Part shown: in pieces, positions 48,558 to 61,285 of the stretch
Position numbering within the stretch: the first letter of the stretch is position 1
Layout: each line of letters opens with the position of its first letter
NCBI GenBank assembly: GCA_003427395.1
Contig: BFEA01000034.1
Span: forward strand, 2,200,875 to 2,264,874
Direction of reading: 5' to 3'
Source: Chara braunii
Lineage: Eukaryota; Plantae; Charophyceae
Length of the DNA: 64,000 nucleotides
Made by a program: the position numbers and the translations under genes
Notes under the pieces: model-generated
What the model saw: only the letters and a program-made list of their open reading frames with translations
What the model was told of the DNA's origin: nothing
Databases searched by the model: none

Positions 48558-51500
48558 TCTTGATAAAAGAACAATAATAATAGTAATAATAATTATAATA
48601 ATAATAATAATAATAATAATATCTAGGATTATGAAAACGAATGACATCCAACCCGGGTTGCGAGATCACACAGACGTATGAATAGTTGTATATAAGCAGC
48701 AAGTATCATAGTTTTGTGCCTTCAGCCAAACAGAGGTAGCGAGCCAAAGCTCAAGTCCTCAGACCCATGTTAACTCCAATGCCTCAGCCTACTTTGTTCC
48801 TCAACTCAACCTACAGCCCCTTCCTTTTTTCTCTCTCTTCGCCTCCCTTGCTACACATGTGTCTGCTTTTCTTTGTGTCACTGCGTACCACAGTCTGTGT
48901 CACGCTGCGTATGTCACGGTCTATGTCTCTCCATACCAATCTGAGTCACAACATCCTTTCGTGTTTGTCACAGCATCCGTGTGTCCCACAATATCTATGT
49001 ATTGTCACAGTGGTTGTGTGCCTGTGTATCTGCACAGTCTTTCAATGTCTGTCACTATGAATTGTGTATGCGTGTCGTGTGACTGCGTTAGTGCTCGTTT
49101 ATGTCACCGTATCATTATTTATCTTGCGTGAGCGCCCCAACATCACTGTATGCCTTAGTCTGTATGTGACTGTGTGGGTGACTGTGCACCGTGTGTCACC
49201 ATACCNGTNTCACCCTATGTTACAATCTATGTGTGACTGTGTAGGTGTTGTGCACNGTGTTTCAGTNTCTGCGTGACTATCCCCATGNANGTGTTACCNG
49301 TGTACCTNTGTGANACGCGTCGATAGCGTAATGGTGCAGACCAGAACAAGATCAGCCCTTTTCTCANNTAGTACAGGATAGCGCGNCGAAGGTTAAAGTG
49401 CCAATGATCANACCAATNAGTATCAAAATGCANATCAGGCATACACCATCACCATCGCAGGGTGTGAAAGGGCCTGGTGCTTACTCAGGGAAAAATGCTC
49501 CAGTCTCCCAATCATACGCAGGCGAGGAGGAGGGAGATCAGACGAAAAAGACCTATAGCGTCACATGTAAGTCCCCTCGCCTCCTTGTCTACCCGTCAAT
49601 TTGCCTGTATGTGCTTTTATTGTGTATTCGTCTTCCCGATGTGTCTGTTACCTTATATATCAGTTCACCCCGTATGTCTGATTACCCGGCATATGTGTTC
49701 ACCCGGCGTGTTAGTTCGTCTTTTGACTCTTTTCCCTCTTCTCACGCTGTGTGTGCGTAGGTAGGTGAGCGCACAAGATCGTGTCCAGGATGTCCAGGCA
49801 ATCCGGTGCATGTGAAAGAGAGAGTTGTTTTGGCGCTGAGTCATCATTGCCGGCGAAAGTGAACTCTCGTCTGGCTGCCAAATCCCTGAGTATTGTTGGG
49901 ATGGATGCCGTCAGTTTGCTGTGCCGCCATTTGCAGTCATGAGAAGTGCGAAGAGAAAAATGAGCCTATTTGTAAAAATAGATAATAATAAAAAATTACA
50001 ATAATAATAATAAAATAACCCACTCAGTCCAAATGACAGCGAACTTCAGAAAATCTAACAGTATCATACCCCTGAGGCCAGATAGTCTTGGCCTTGAATC
50101 AACAACAGACTTGCATCACCAGATTCACTAAATAAGAACACACCAATAGTTTATAATTTGACATGCTGAAATTGTCCCATCCCTCATTAATCTATAAAGA
50201 ACCAGAGTTGGTATCCTACCTGGCGCTAGGTGCTCATACTACAGCTGGTTGATCCTATCTAGCCTAACACTACATTGCCAAAGTTGTCAACAATCAGCTT
50301 TCTGAAGTACGAGCCTACAGCGGCCTATGCTGTACGTTATTAGCACCAGGTACGTCTTTCGCTATACTCATAACCTGTTTCTCACCACACAGATGTCATA
50401 TGCACCCATGGACCACCCTGTGCCACACCCAGCTCATGGTGGTGCAGCCGCTTCCTGCTCGCCCGCGAGAGTGTGAGTGCCAGCCAACCAATAGCGCATT
50501 AGTGCTTGCGCAACCGTCAGTCTGCACCCAAATGCCTAATAAGGAGGCAGGCCCTTCGCTGTCCCGAAGCAGCCTGCCTACGTCCAGTCCCAGGAAACTT
50601 CCTGTAGGCCCCGGTAGTCTGAGGCCCAGCATGATCGAGAACAGGCCTGGGGCCTTTGGTGGCTGTATGTGCCAACTGTCTCTGGCATGTGACCCTGTAC
50701 CCGCATCTAGTCCAGGGCCTGGATTCTTTTTAACTAACTGGCTCTGCGCAACTGCCGGAACTTTCCCTTTAGTTGTACGGTGATCAGAGTAGGCCCTGAA
50801 GGTCTCGTCGAGCCTGCCTTCACTTAGGGCGGCCGACTTGCTGCAAAATGGGGTCTGGCGGGGCTCATAGAGGCAAGTGGCAAGTGGGTCATTGTGGCGG
50901 GTCAAGTGGTGGACTAGACTGCAGTGCAAATGCATAGGTTGGCAGTGAGTCCACAGTCAGCCAGTGGTAAGGTTCGGTCAGTCCCAGTCTGATCTAGCAA
51001 GTTCCGCACGGGACTGTGTGCACTTTGGGCCCGGAAAACGGGCCAGGCCCACGACCTGTAGAAGTATAAATCAAGAGGCAGCGCCCAACCATTCATTCAT
51101 TCACGCGGAGCCATGCGGGGCGTTGACTCAGCGTTCTTGTGTGAGAAGGTCTGCAGTAAGCCCGAAGGACGCAGTGCGTGACCGTGCCTCGTGTCCTAGC
51201 GTGACTGCATCTGCATTACAATGCGCGTGACCACATCACCGTGTACAGCCATATCTCTGTGCGCAGCTGCGTCACTACATACAGCTGTGACACTGGGTAT
51301 CCGCGCGACCCTGTACCATCGTGTATGAGTGTCTGTCGCATCGTGTCCTGCGTATATACCTTTAGTTACATCGCCATACACTCTGTAATCTTGTGACTGC
51401 CCGCACCACCGTGACCATGTTTGAATCACATTATCCATGCACCTGTGCTTTCTGACCTTGTATGTGACTGAGTTGTCCGCGGTCCGTGTACCTGTGTTTT

Positions 51501-51922
51501 CATTGAGTCATGGCACTTGCATATCACAGTGTTTGGGTCACCGTGCCTATGCCAGTGAGCGAATGTGTCTGTATGTCACAGAGCAACGTTTGTTGTGTAT
51601 CTGCTTATCTGTGTCATAGTCTGAGCCTGTCTGTCCAACTTGTCCGTCTGTCCCGTTAGTTCGCTCGCTGGCTGTCGGTTTGCCCACCTGTTAGCCTTGG
51701 TTCTGTGTAGTTGCGCACATTCGTACAGGTATGCAAAGTGCTGTGAGTGTGGTATCCCGGGCAATCCGGTGTATGTGTTTCCGAGAGTCGTTTGGGCGCT
51801 AAGTTGCCAAATTCTTTGGAAGTGAACCCGTACCCCGGGTTTCGGGCAGGCGCATGTCATCAGTTTGCTGCACTGCTGTTTGAATGTGTGGAAAGTGTGG
51901 CTGAGAACGAGTTTGATTGTAT

Positions 51923-51968
<46 letters not shown>

Positions 51969-54837
51969 AATGACGGTTTTTCAGATTGCAAATCGTATTG
52001 AAAAACCGGAAGTCCAGCGCTGCTCGGAAGAGCAGAACTGCCCTGACGTATCACGAAAGGAGATCTAAAGGTACCGAGTCCGGATGTTTAGTCACCTTCA
52101 TAAGTGTCCAGAACCCTTCCTCCTACGTGGTGCTCAGCATCCAATTCATGATCTCGCAGCTATTACCAGTCCACAAACTGACAATGCAACTGCCGGCGTC
52201 AACAGCAGAACCGGAGTACTGGAAGATGCAAGGAACATAAGTATGGACGAAGCATAGAACTCCAGAACACAAAATCACACTGATGTTCATGTAGTCAAAG
52301 CCAAAACAGATAGCACAATGGAACCATGTAACCATCCAATTGAGAATGATACGACAGAATCATGAGTCAAATGTCCATGCCCAATCGGGTAATCACCAGC
52401 CGCAGAACCCAATGTAGCTCTCTCTTATGAACAGCGCCAGACCCCCTATCTACAGCACAGCCTATCTCTATGACTTCAGCATGAAAGCAATCAAACACTT
52501 GACAACCAGTGAGTGATGACGTCCATACCAACGCCGAGTTTCTCTCCACCCGGTATGTCTTTTCTTCACCCTCACTCTCCCTTGATAACCCAGCACCCTT
52601 CACCTCCGAAGAACCAACTTCGGCCTTCCTCTTTATGCGCACATAGGCAGCCGGGCTATGGCCGCCAGCGCCCTATCCCACAGGCAACGCCCAGCCCACT
52701 CATTCATTCATGCCGAAGCCACGCAGGGTGTTGTCTCAGCGTCTTGTGCGAGGGAGTCTGCAGCAGGCCCGAAGTTCGAAGTGGGCAAAGGTGACGGGGA
52801 TAGCCACGGCGACAAGGTGGAGGCGACCAGTGCTGCCATAGCTGTAGTTTGGGGCTAAGAGGGCGTGTGTGTGTCCGCCTGTGTCTTTCTGAGACTGTCC
52901 GTGTCTGTCAGAGACTGTCTGAGTCTATCCGAGACAGTCTGAGTCTGTCTGTTTCAGACTGTGGCTGTCCCATCTGTTTGTCTGTCCAGTTTTGTCTGTT
53001 CTCTCTTTTCGTGTGTGTGTAGTAAGTAGCATTGTGGGACACCCAGGGTGATCACGTGTGTACGAACAGAGAGTTATTGGGCGTCTGTCTGTGTCCACGT
53101 CATCATGTATCATCTGTTCGTCTCTCTCTCTCTCTGTCTGCTTAGTCTATGTCTATCTATATCTCTCTCTGTCTGTTTTGGCTGTATCCATCCGTACCTG
53201 CCAGTCCATCAGTTTTCTGTTTCCTGGTATATTGCTAGGGCTCATTCTCCAGTCTGATAAAACAACTTAACTCAGCCATGCTTATTCCATGTATCGGTGG
53301 ATGAGAATACTCACATACTCACACGCCGAGCAAACACAAAGAGAGCAAAACAATCCTTCGTTCTGCAGTAGTGGTGAGGCAATCCCATAAGGCCAGAGAG
53401 CAGACCGTAGGCTGGCGGCTCATAAATGCAAGGAAATGCAAAATGACAGAGTCTGGACTGCTAAATCAAGTTGAAAATTAGCAAGTCCGAACTCTTGTTC
53501 AAAAACAGTGATGCGCTGATGTTTCCTTTGACGGAGAATCATAGTATTAAGCCCGCATATCTCTGAGGGCTTACGTCTCNTTNTTACCNGCGTATATGTC
53601 CTCGGTCCTACTTCTCGCTTGGTGATCAGTGCCCAGACTATGATCACACAGCCTACTACCAGCCTAACGTATAGACAATGCAACTATCGCCATCATCAGC
53701 AAAATCGAGGTACTTGAAGATATTGTCCTTAGGCGGACCATTACCAAGACAAGGTAAGTGCCCTCACATCGTCATCATCATTAATGCAGGACCAATGTCG
53801 ACTTCCTATCTAGCACTCTGCGCCCCGTCTACTCCTACACAGCTACTACAGACTACCAAATATAATGCAACTGTTGACATCACTGGCAGCCTGAAGTACT
53901 TGAGGACGTCGCCCATGCAGACCATCTTCAATACGAAGTAAGTGCTCTCACATCGTCATCATCATCATCATCATCATCATCCTTCACTTATCATCTCCAC
54001 CTTTCTCTTCTCTCCCTTCTTTTCTCTCTCTTCCTTCTCCATCTCCTTTCTCCCTCTCCTTCTCTCTCTTCTCCATCTCCTCTCTCTCCCTTTCCTTCTC
54101 TCCCTCTTTCTCTCTCCTTCTGTTCTTTCTCTCTCCTTCTGTTTTCCCCCTTCATCATGCTCGTCGCCTCCTTCTCCTGCTCTTTTCTACTTCGTCGTCT
54201 TCCCTTAATCGCTTCCACCTCCCACTGTCGTCTTCTCTCTTCTCCTCCCTTCCTCTTCTTCTTCTTCTTCTCCTTCTTCTTCCTCCAAGTGATAAGGTCC
54301 ATTGGACTCTCCACCGCATCCCAGCGTCCCAGCCTACTCTATGCTACTATCCTTCCTACAGCTGTGCTCACCCAACAGGCTCACTTCGTCTTTCAAGATC
54401 AATGTACATGACTGTCACCACCATAGCCGACCTCTCCTTCATGTACAGGGCACTTATCTAGTCTCCTCCCAATCAGACCTTGATGGCCCCATCCTTTCCT
54501 CCTTTGCCGTTGTCACTCCATCGGTCATGTTTACTTCTTCTACTACTTCCATTACCTTCTTCTCGACTTCTCACTTTCTTACTAACCCCGTTTTTGATAC
54601 CCTTTCCCGTTACCGAGATGAATCGAGATTGACTTCGACCATTGTGATCCCGAGGACAGACAAGACAATCCGGTATGTCTGTGAGCAAGGTGACAACGAC
54701 TTAATGAAGAAGACGGCCAATCCGTATTGAAGGCGATCTCAATAATCTCAACGCCTCTCACGCACCTGACTTCCTCCACGTACATACCAAAACTCATGGC
54801 CGAGACCGAATAGTTATAACAATAATAATACTAATAC

Positions 54838-54876
<39 letters not shown>

Positions 54877-55532
54877 TACTACTACTAATAATAATAATAA
54901 TAGCGATAACAACAATAATAATAATCGTAATAATATAAAGTGAATGTACGCAAGCTACTCTCTCCGCCCGGCATGGTTAAACTAAGAGTGTGTTGTACTT
55001 GGGCTAGTCTCTCTACCGCGGCAACAGCGATCACTCGCGATCAGGTGAGTTTTCTCCCCCTTTTTCACTACGTGCATGCGCGTTGCGTACAGTAAGGTAC
55101 AGACCAGAACAAAAATCAACTTCTTATACGAGGTACAAATAGCGTAACGGAAGACTTAGATACAGATCCTGACCTGACCGAGTCAACGTTGCAAGCAGAC
55201 CAAACATCCATCATTCTTACCACACGGTGTGATGGGCCTGGCGCTATACACAGGAATAGGGCGCCAGGTCCAGAAACGCACAGACGAGGAGAAAGGCACC
55301 AGACGAAGAAGAGGGGATCAAACGAAGAAGAGGGAAAAAGGTGGGAATACCATCATCACCAAGTCTCATTACAAGTCGCAAACGATCCCTCTTCAAAATG
55401 TCTGAAGTCAAATGTCGCGTCTGGATCCAAATGTCATCAAGCTCTCTCTCCCTCTCTCTCGTAGCCCGCAGATACCGAGGAGTCAGAGGATGAGAGGGTG
55501 AAGCAGAGATGGCGGCTTAGAAGATAAAGAAG

Positions 55533-55570
<38 letters not shown>

Positions 55571-58500
55571 CCTCTCTCTCTCCCACTCTCACCTTCTCTC
55601 CTTCTCCTTTCCCCTTCCGATCTTTCTCCCGCGCATCGCTACTCCCCTTCTCGCCTCTTCACGATACCGAGTAGGCTGCACCCCCTCGATCACTTTGCCC
55701 TACTTGTGTCGAGTGTGATAGTAGTGTGCCCATTCAACCCCCCCCCCATGGTCGTTTTTCATCCCTGTGGTAGGCTCCTCGCCTGTCACCTCTTACCTTC
55801 GCGCACCGCACACCTCCTCTTTCCTCTTCGTTTCTTCAACTCACATCATCGCAGTCATGGCTTGATTCAACACAATACTGATACTAATAATATTACTTAA
55901 TAATGGTAATAATAATAATAATAATAAAAATACTAATAATAATAACGAATGTATGCAAGCTATCTTCAAGGTCGAGTTCATTCGTTTTCAAGGGTGCATC
56001 GCGCATCGGGAATGTTGCCTGTCTACAGCGGTGATGATCATCATCTACCGAGTAAGCCTACCGTTCTCTCTCTCTCACTTCCACACACACTCACACACAC
56101 ACACACATATACAGTCCATTGATAGGATGATAAAAAACGAGATGAATCTTCCGCTGAAACGGGGAAATATACACTGCCGCTTTCTGATTTGCTCGCTCTA
56201 TTGATCCAAAGCAGCGTGCGTCGCGCCGTGGCTGGAGACTTACCGGTTCGGCGACGCGTATCTCACCCAATCTCTCTCTCTTTCCTCTCTCCTTCTCCCC
56301 TTCTTTAATCTCCATCTCTCCTTCTCCATCTCCTTTCTCTCTCCCTCTCTCCCTCACACACACTCGCAACCCCCTTCGCCCACTGTATTGGTGAAGATTG
56401 GATCGAGAGTCGATCTTTCGTACAAAGTACGAGATGGCGTAGTGGAAGACTTAGGTACCGATGATCCGGACAGTCAATATTGCAATGCAGCCCCGAATAT
56501 ATATCACCATCATCATCCCATGGTGTAAAGGGGTCTGGCGCCTTACACATGAAGACTGCGCCAGCCCCGACCATGCCAGACAAAAAAGAGGGAGGTTAGA
56601 CGAAGAAGAGGGGAAGATGGGAATGTCGTCGACATCAAGTCTTTGGCACAGGCCCAAATAGTCCCTCGTCAAAATGTCTGAATCCCTTGTCTAGTCTGGA
56701 TCCAATGTCGTCAAGTCTCAGGTCACCACTCCCTCTCTCTCTTGTCGTAGTTTGTCGATACTGAGAAGTCAAATGATGAGAGGGTGAGAAGAAGAAGGTG
56801 GACTGAGAAGAGGAAGAACTCACTTTCTCTTTCCCTCCCTTGCACTTCTTTCGTTCATACACACACATACAAGTGCACACTCTTACTATGGAGGGCATGA
56901 GTAAGATCGGAATAAATCTTCCACTTAAACGTGGAACTATTCATTCAATTTTATTTATTTATTTATTTATTTGTTTATTCTATTGATGGAAGCACCGGGA
57001 TTGGTCACGACTTACCCGTTCTTCCTCCCGTTTCCCGACGTCGTCAAGTCACAGTTGAAGCCGTTGTCCTCAGCAACCGTCTTCGTCGTTGTTACCGCTG
57101 GAGCCGCCGTCGCCGGAGCTCGGTCAGGTGAGTACTCCCTCTCTACTTCTCCCTCTCTTTTCCTTCTTCCTCTCTTATCTCTCTCCCTTCTCCCTTTCAT
57201 GTGTCTGCACACTCACTGCTGTCATATACGCCCTTCGCCTTTACTGAGTTCGTCGTCGCCACCTTGGCTTGCTTATCGGATCAGCTAAGTTTCCTCCTTC
57301 GACTTCCTCCTTCTCTCTTCTCTCTCTTTCCTCTTCTCCTTCCCTCCTACGAACGACCACTTTCTCCTTCTTTACTTTCCTTTCCCTCTTCCCTCGCGGT
57401 TCTCTCCCCCTTACGAGTTGTTTCTCCCGGCTTTCTCACGCGCTCCACCCTTCACCTCTCTGCGCTCTTCCCAGCAAGCGGCCGTTCCTGGTCTTGCTTC
57501 TGCGCGAATTTCGCGGTGGCTTGCTCTTCTCCTTGACGAGGGGCCCTCCGTGCTATAGGCTGATGCCGCACGGTAGGATGGCCGGGCCTCTTCCCTTTTC
57601 CGGCTGAATCGGTCCGACTTCCGAGTACAGATTCACCTACGTGAATCAGGGGAATAAAGCTTCGGGAAAAGAGAATAATCAATAAAGGAAAATAAAATAA
57701 TGAAACGAATCTAACTTCCGAATTAAAATAAAATAAAATTTTTGAACGAATTGAAATGAGAACTACTACCAACTGCCCAGCGTAGGGTCTCATTTCAACG
57801 AGGCAAATAACACAACTAACCTAGATAACAATGTCGTGGGATCGAGTCCCGGTCGTTCAAACCCGGGCAAAACGAAAGGTAGAGCTCCCTGTCAAAAGGG
57901 AGCTAGCTCGGAGGGTGGCGGGCGTTGATCCCCGGATCCCCCGCATATCAACCTTGTATTGAAAACCTACTGAGCTAGCTCCCACTTCGAGTAAAAGGGG
58001 AGTAGCTCTAGTATTCATAAAGTAATGTGGCCCAGTCCAACCAATGGCATGAGCCCACTCTAGCCAGCTGTAGCGTGCATGCTTGCTAATTTGCGTGCCT
58101 ATCTGAATGCCTGCCGCCTTGGGCGCGTGCGCGACCTGCAAGGGCACGTATTTCATCGGAAGGCCCGAAGGACCGGTACTCAGCCGTGGTTGCGGCATCG
58201 AGGGTCGCGGCAGGGTAGATACTCAAGTGGCGGGCAGGCTGGTACCACACCAAGTTGAAGTAGATGTGGCAGATACTCGACACGGAGGCTGAGTAGGGGA
58301 AGGCAAAGACCGAAATTTTTGAGAACACCCAGTACCGGAGGGAAGACAGGCACTGGACCAAGCCCAAGTGTGTGTCATAGACCTACCTGACACAATCATC
58401 ATCCCAACTGACCCGTCGACCTCTTTTGTCGAGGGGTATTACTACTGATCCTAATCACCACGACGCGCGTCATAATAATGCGCGTTCATTCTTAACGAAA

Positions 58501-58631
58501 TTTTCTTACCGAGGATTTCGCTTCCAGTGTCACGCCAAGCGTGCACACCCCTCTTGTTTCCAGACTGGCTACGTCATGGTAGCTGACGCCGTCATCGTGT
58601 CGAATGCAAGGACATGGCAAAATACCCTTGT
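45496..58631 (-). repeat. Putative 5' LTR of element B (~13.1 kb, outer end apparently deleted)
   Basis: Direct repeat of 18980-32220; its terminus is 2 nt from the PBS. No CA plus target-site duplication at 58631. Confidence 0.75.
47115..47750. repeat. Second copy of the ~160 bp hairpin tandem array (about 4 units)
   Basis: Same unit as 20595-21315, gap-free. Confidence 0.9.
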
Positions 58632-58674
58632 ATTTTAGTTCGGGAAGAATCCGGTGGCTTCAGGCCACGGTGAT

Positions 58675-60859
58675 GTTACGATTTCCTTTCCTTTTCTGAT
58701 TTTGCTGCTACTAGTATTATTATTATTATTATTATTATTACTATTATTATTATTACTATTATTATTTAATTTTTGTTCGACCTGTCATTTCGCGGTAAAG
58801 CCAACGGGTCGAATTCTTAGCTCAGACTGTGGTCTACGGCCTAAGCTGGCTGACCCCTCGTATACCGTCCGTGGATGAGCTGTCTGATTGTGCACCGCGT
58901 AATGGGACCCCAAAAGAGGGGTGACCCGCTGCCGCATCGGTAGGAGGCATATCACCCCCCATGGAGGGTCACAAGCCCCCTCCTTGCCATCGGACACGGG
59001 TACCCGATAGAGATAGGCCGGCGGTTCATTTTGAAGAGACTAGAGCGGTCGTCGATATCTCGTTATGGGACCATAGTGTCGAATCCGCAGTCCTGTCACT
59101 GAGACCTGAGACTGATGGTAGCGTGAGGTTTAGACCGCGCCCGACCGTTGGGTTATACACTTGAGCGTTTCCAAAATCACTTAATTTTAATTTATTTCAT
59201 AATCTATAAAATTTTAAAGTTTCTTTAATTTTAAAAGGTTTAAAAAGAACTAATTTGGGTCCTTCATTTAGAGCGCGGGGATCTTGGAAAACAACGATTC
59301 TATAAAGGAAGAGAGGAGAGGCATGTGAGTGTGTGGCGTGCTCTTGTTTCTCTGAGAAAAGGGGCGCAGCACGCTACCAGTTGGGTAGTGTTTAGTCTGC
59401 GCTAAGTGGCACATTGTGCTGGGATAGCAACCTGGTACTGCGCCGCGTCTGCCTATCGCCTGGCTATGGCACACAGCAATGGCCTGCACGGCTACCGGCC
59501 GGATAGCTGGAAGTACACTACTCGCTGGTCTCCTATGTCTGGCGAAGGTCCCAGGATCACTACGACCCTAAGTTACAGCGGGGGAGATGAGGCGAGGCTA
59601 AAAGTTACCGTAGAGGGAGCGAGAGAGGAGGAAATGAAGGGGGACCAGAGACTGAAGTTGGCCGTCATGGAATCTAATAACCGGGCGAAGAGAAGGATGT
59701 AGAAGGATGGGGTCACGGCTGAGGTTCGCGTGACCATTACTTACCACGAGGTTGAAATTTCAAGGGACATGGCTGAGCGAGCGCAACAACATCTGGACCG
59801 GGATTCCGAGGTCGATGGTGACGCCAGCGATTTGGAAGCGGAAACTCAATCCTGGCACGGACTGGACCAGGTCCGCAGGAACCACCCGATGGCTGGGACG
59901 GTGGAAGACGACCCTAAAGCTAGTTCGGGATCGACAGTGAGAGAGAGAGCGAAACCAGCAGAGATTGGGCCATCGGGAACACGGGACCGGTAGAGTATGG
60001 TCCAAAGGACAGTTTGGCCCCGCGGGACTAGGGATGGATGACACGCGTCAACTGGGGACTCGAGGCAGTTACAGATGACGATAAGGGGGACTGAGTTGCG
60101 TGTGGGCACACACATAAAACGAGCGTGAGGATGCACACAGAAAAGGGGAGAGGCGGGTGCAGTATGTGTGGGGAATGTTGACGTCAGCCTTTCCTCCAGA
60201 GCGTGAGTGAGCAGGAAGACGAGTACACGGAACAAAGAGAGAGTCAACTCTTCTTGCGCATCGTCAGTGAGTGTCCAACTTTGATACGCTCTTGCGTCTT
60301 ACCGGAGGAATCAGATCTCTCGCTCACGTTCGGTAGAACTTATGATCGATGTCGGCGAGTAGCAGCGAGAGAGTATATGATGCTCCCTACCGTCTACAAC
60401 CCTTGGACTAGAGACGGTCAGGAAAAGACTCGTGATCTCAGTACAGGAGACGATCGAGGTCCAGATAGAGAAAGTTGGGAGTTGATTAGAAGTACAATCC
60501 AAGCAGTGTTTCACATGTCTACTTAGGAGGTTAACTGCAATATTCGCCGCAACATCCAATCACGACTAAGTGGAGGGTGGCTAGCGCTATCAAGAATGTG
60601 CGAAAAGAGTGCTCGAGAGGCGAGAGAAACCAGCAAGCAGTGAACTCGCGCGCATTTTCAGATTATAAGGCCCTTGATCTTGTTAAAAGGGGCTACTTTT
60701 GAAGGTAGACCATGTCAAGAAGGGCGCACTGACAGATGCACCCTCATCCTTTGTTGTTGACGTCAACTTCCTTAGACGTGACCAAGCTATCGAGGCCAGT
60801 TGGGATATATCACCTTCTCCGATGAAGATCAAGTTATGAGTATGGAACTGAGAGTACGT
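58675..60859 (-). mobile_element. Probable continuation of element A's 5' LTR (homolog of the C region 3400-4780)
   Basis: Reverse-complement matches include GGACCCCAAAAGAGGGGTGACCCG, CCCCTCCTTGCCATCGGACACGGGTACCC, TTATGGGACCA, the (TAT)n tract and the shared ORF. Confidence 0.6.
59406..59993 (+). pseudogene. Unknown conserved ORF (one in-frame stop at ~59700), homolog of 3417-3960
   Basis: ORFs 59406-59702 and 59730-59993 are in the same frame and align to the left-end ORF. Confidence 0.65.
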
Positions 60860-61285
60860 TGTTGAGCGCATCGGCCCCCGCGCGAGCGAGGGCTCTCCCG
60901 GCCGCGTCACGCAGGAGAAACTTAGGCTTTTAACCTTTTAGAAACAACTTGGGGACGATACGATAACCCGCGCCGACCCTTTGCCGCTCCAGCCGAGTGC
61001 GCCAGCTGTACATCCCGCGGTCCCCTACGACAGGATAGGTTCTCGTAGGGCACAACTTACCCTCCCTAAGGGGCTGTCACCATCCTTACGGGCGTATCCC
61101 CGCCGAGCTACCGACCCACATGCGAAGACTTTTATAATGCAATTGCGAGGTAGGCCGACCGAGGGCGTTTGCTCGTTCGCTGTAGCATAGGTACGCATGG
61201 TTGAACGCCAAAGTGGACCCGAACGTCGTCCGTCCCTGGGGCGCTGATCTCCCAGGAATCAGAAAGTACGCCGGTCGACTAGGAT
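60860..61285 (-). mobile_element. Element D: terminus of another related LTR (B-like), extent to the right unknown
   Basis: Starts TGTTGAGCGCATCGGCCCC (cf. TGTCGCGCGCGCCGGTCCC); 60900-61280 aligns with 19040-19380 and 45560-45900; no PBS adjacent, so a 3' or solo LTR. Confidence 0.6.

Larger units (their letters stand above)
18980..58631 (-). mobile_element. Element B: ~40 kb Ty3/gypsy retrotransposon with ~13 kb terminal direct repeats, nested in A's LTR
   Basis: Two long direct repeats flank a gag-pol internal region. Both start with the LTR terminus TGTCGCGCGCG.CGGTCCCACACCCTAG (18980, 45496); only the right copy abuts a PBS. Confidence 0.8.

Noticed and set aside
4465-58878. Poly-Ile/Leu/Tyr/Lys/His ORFs and the many plus-strand Ser/Phe-rich ORFs over gag-pol
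   Set aside because: They are translations of microsatellites or antisense shadows of purine-rich retroelement ORFs.
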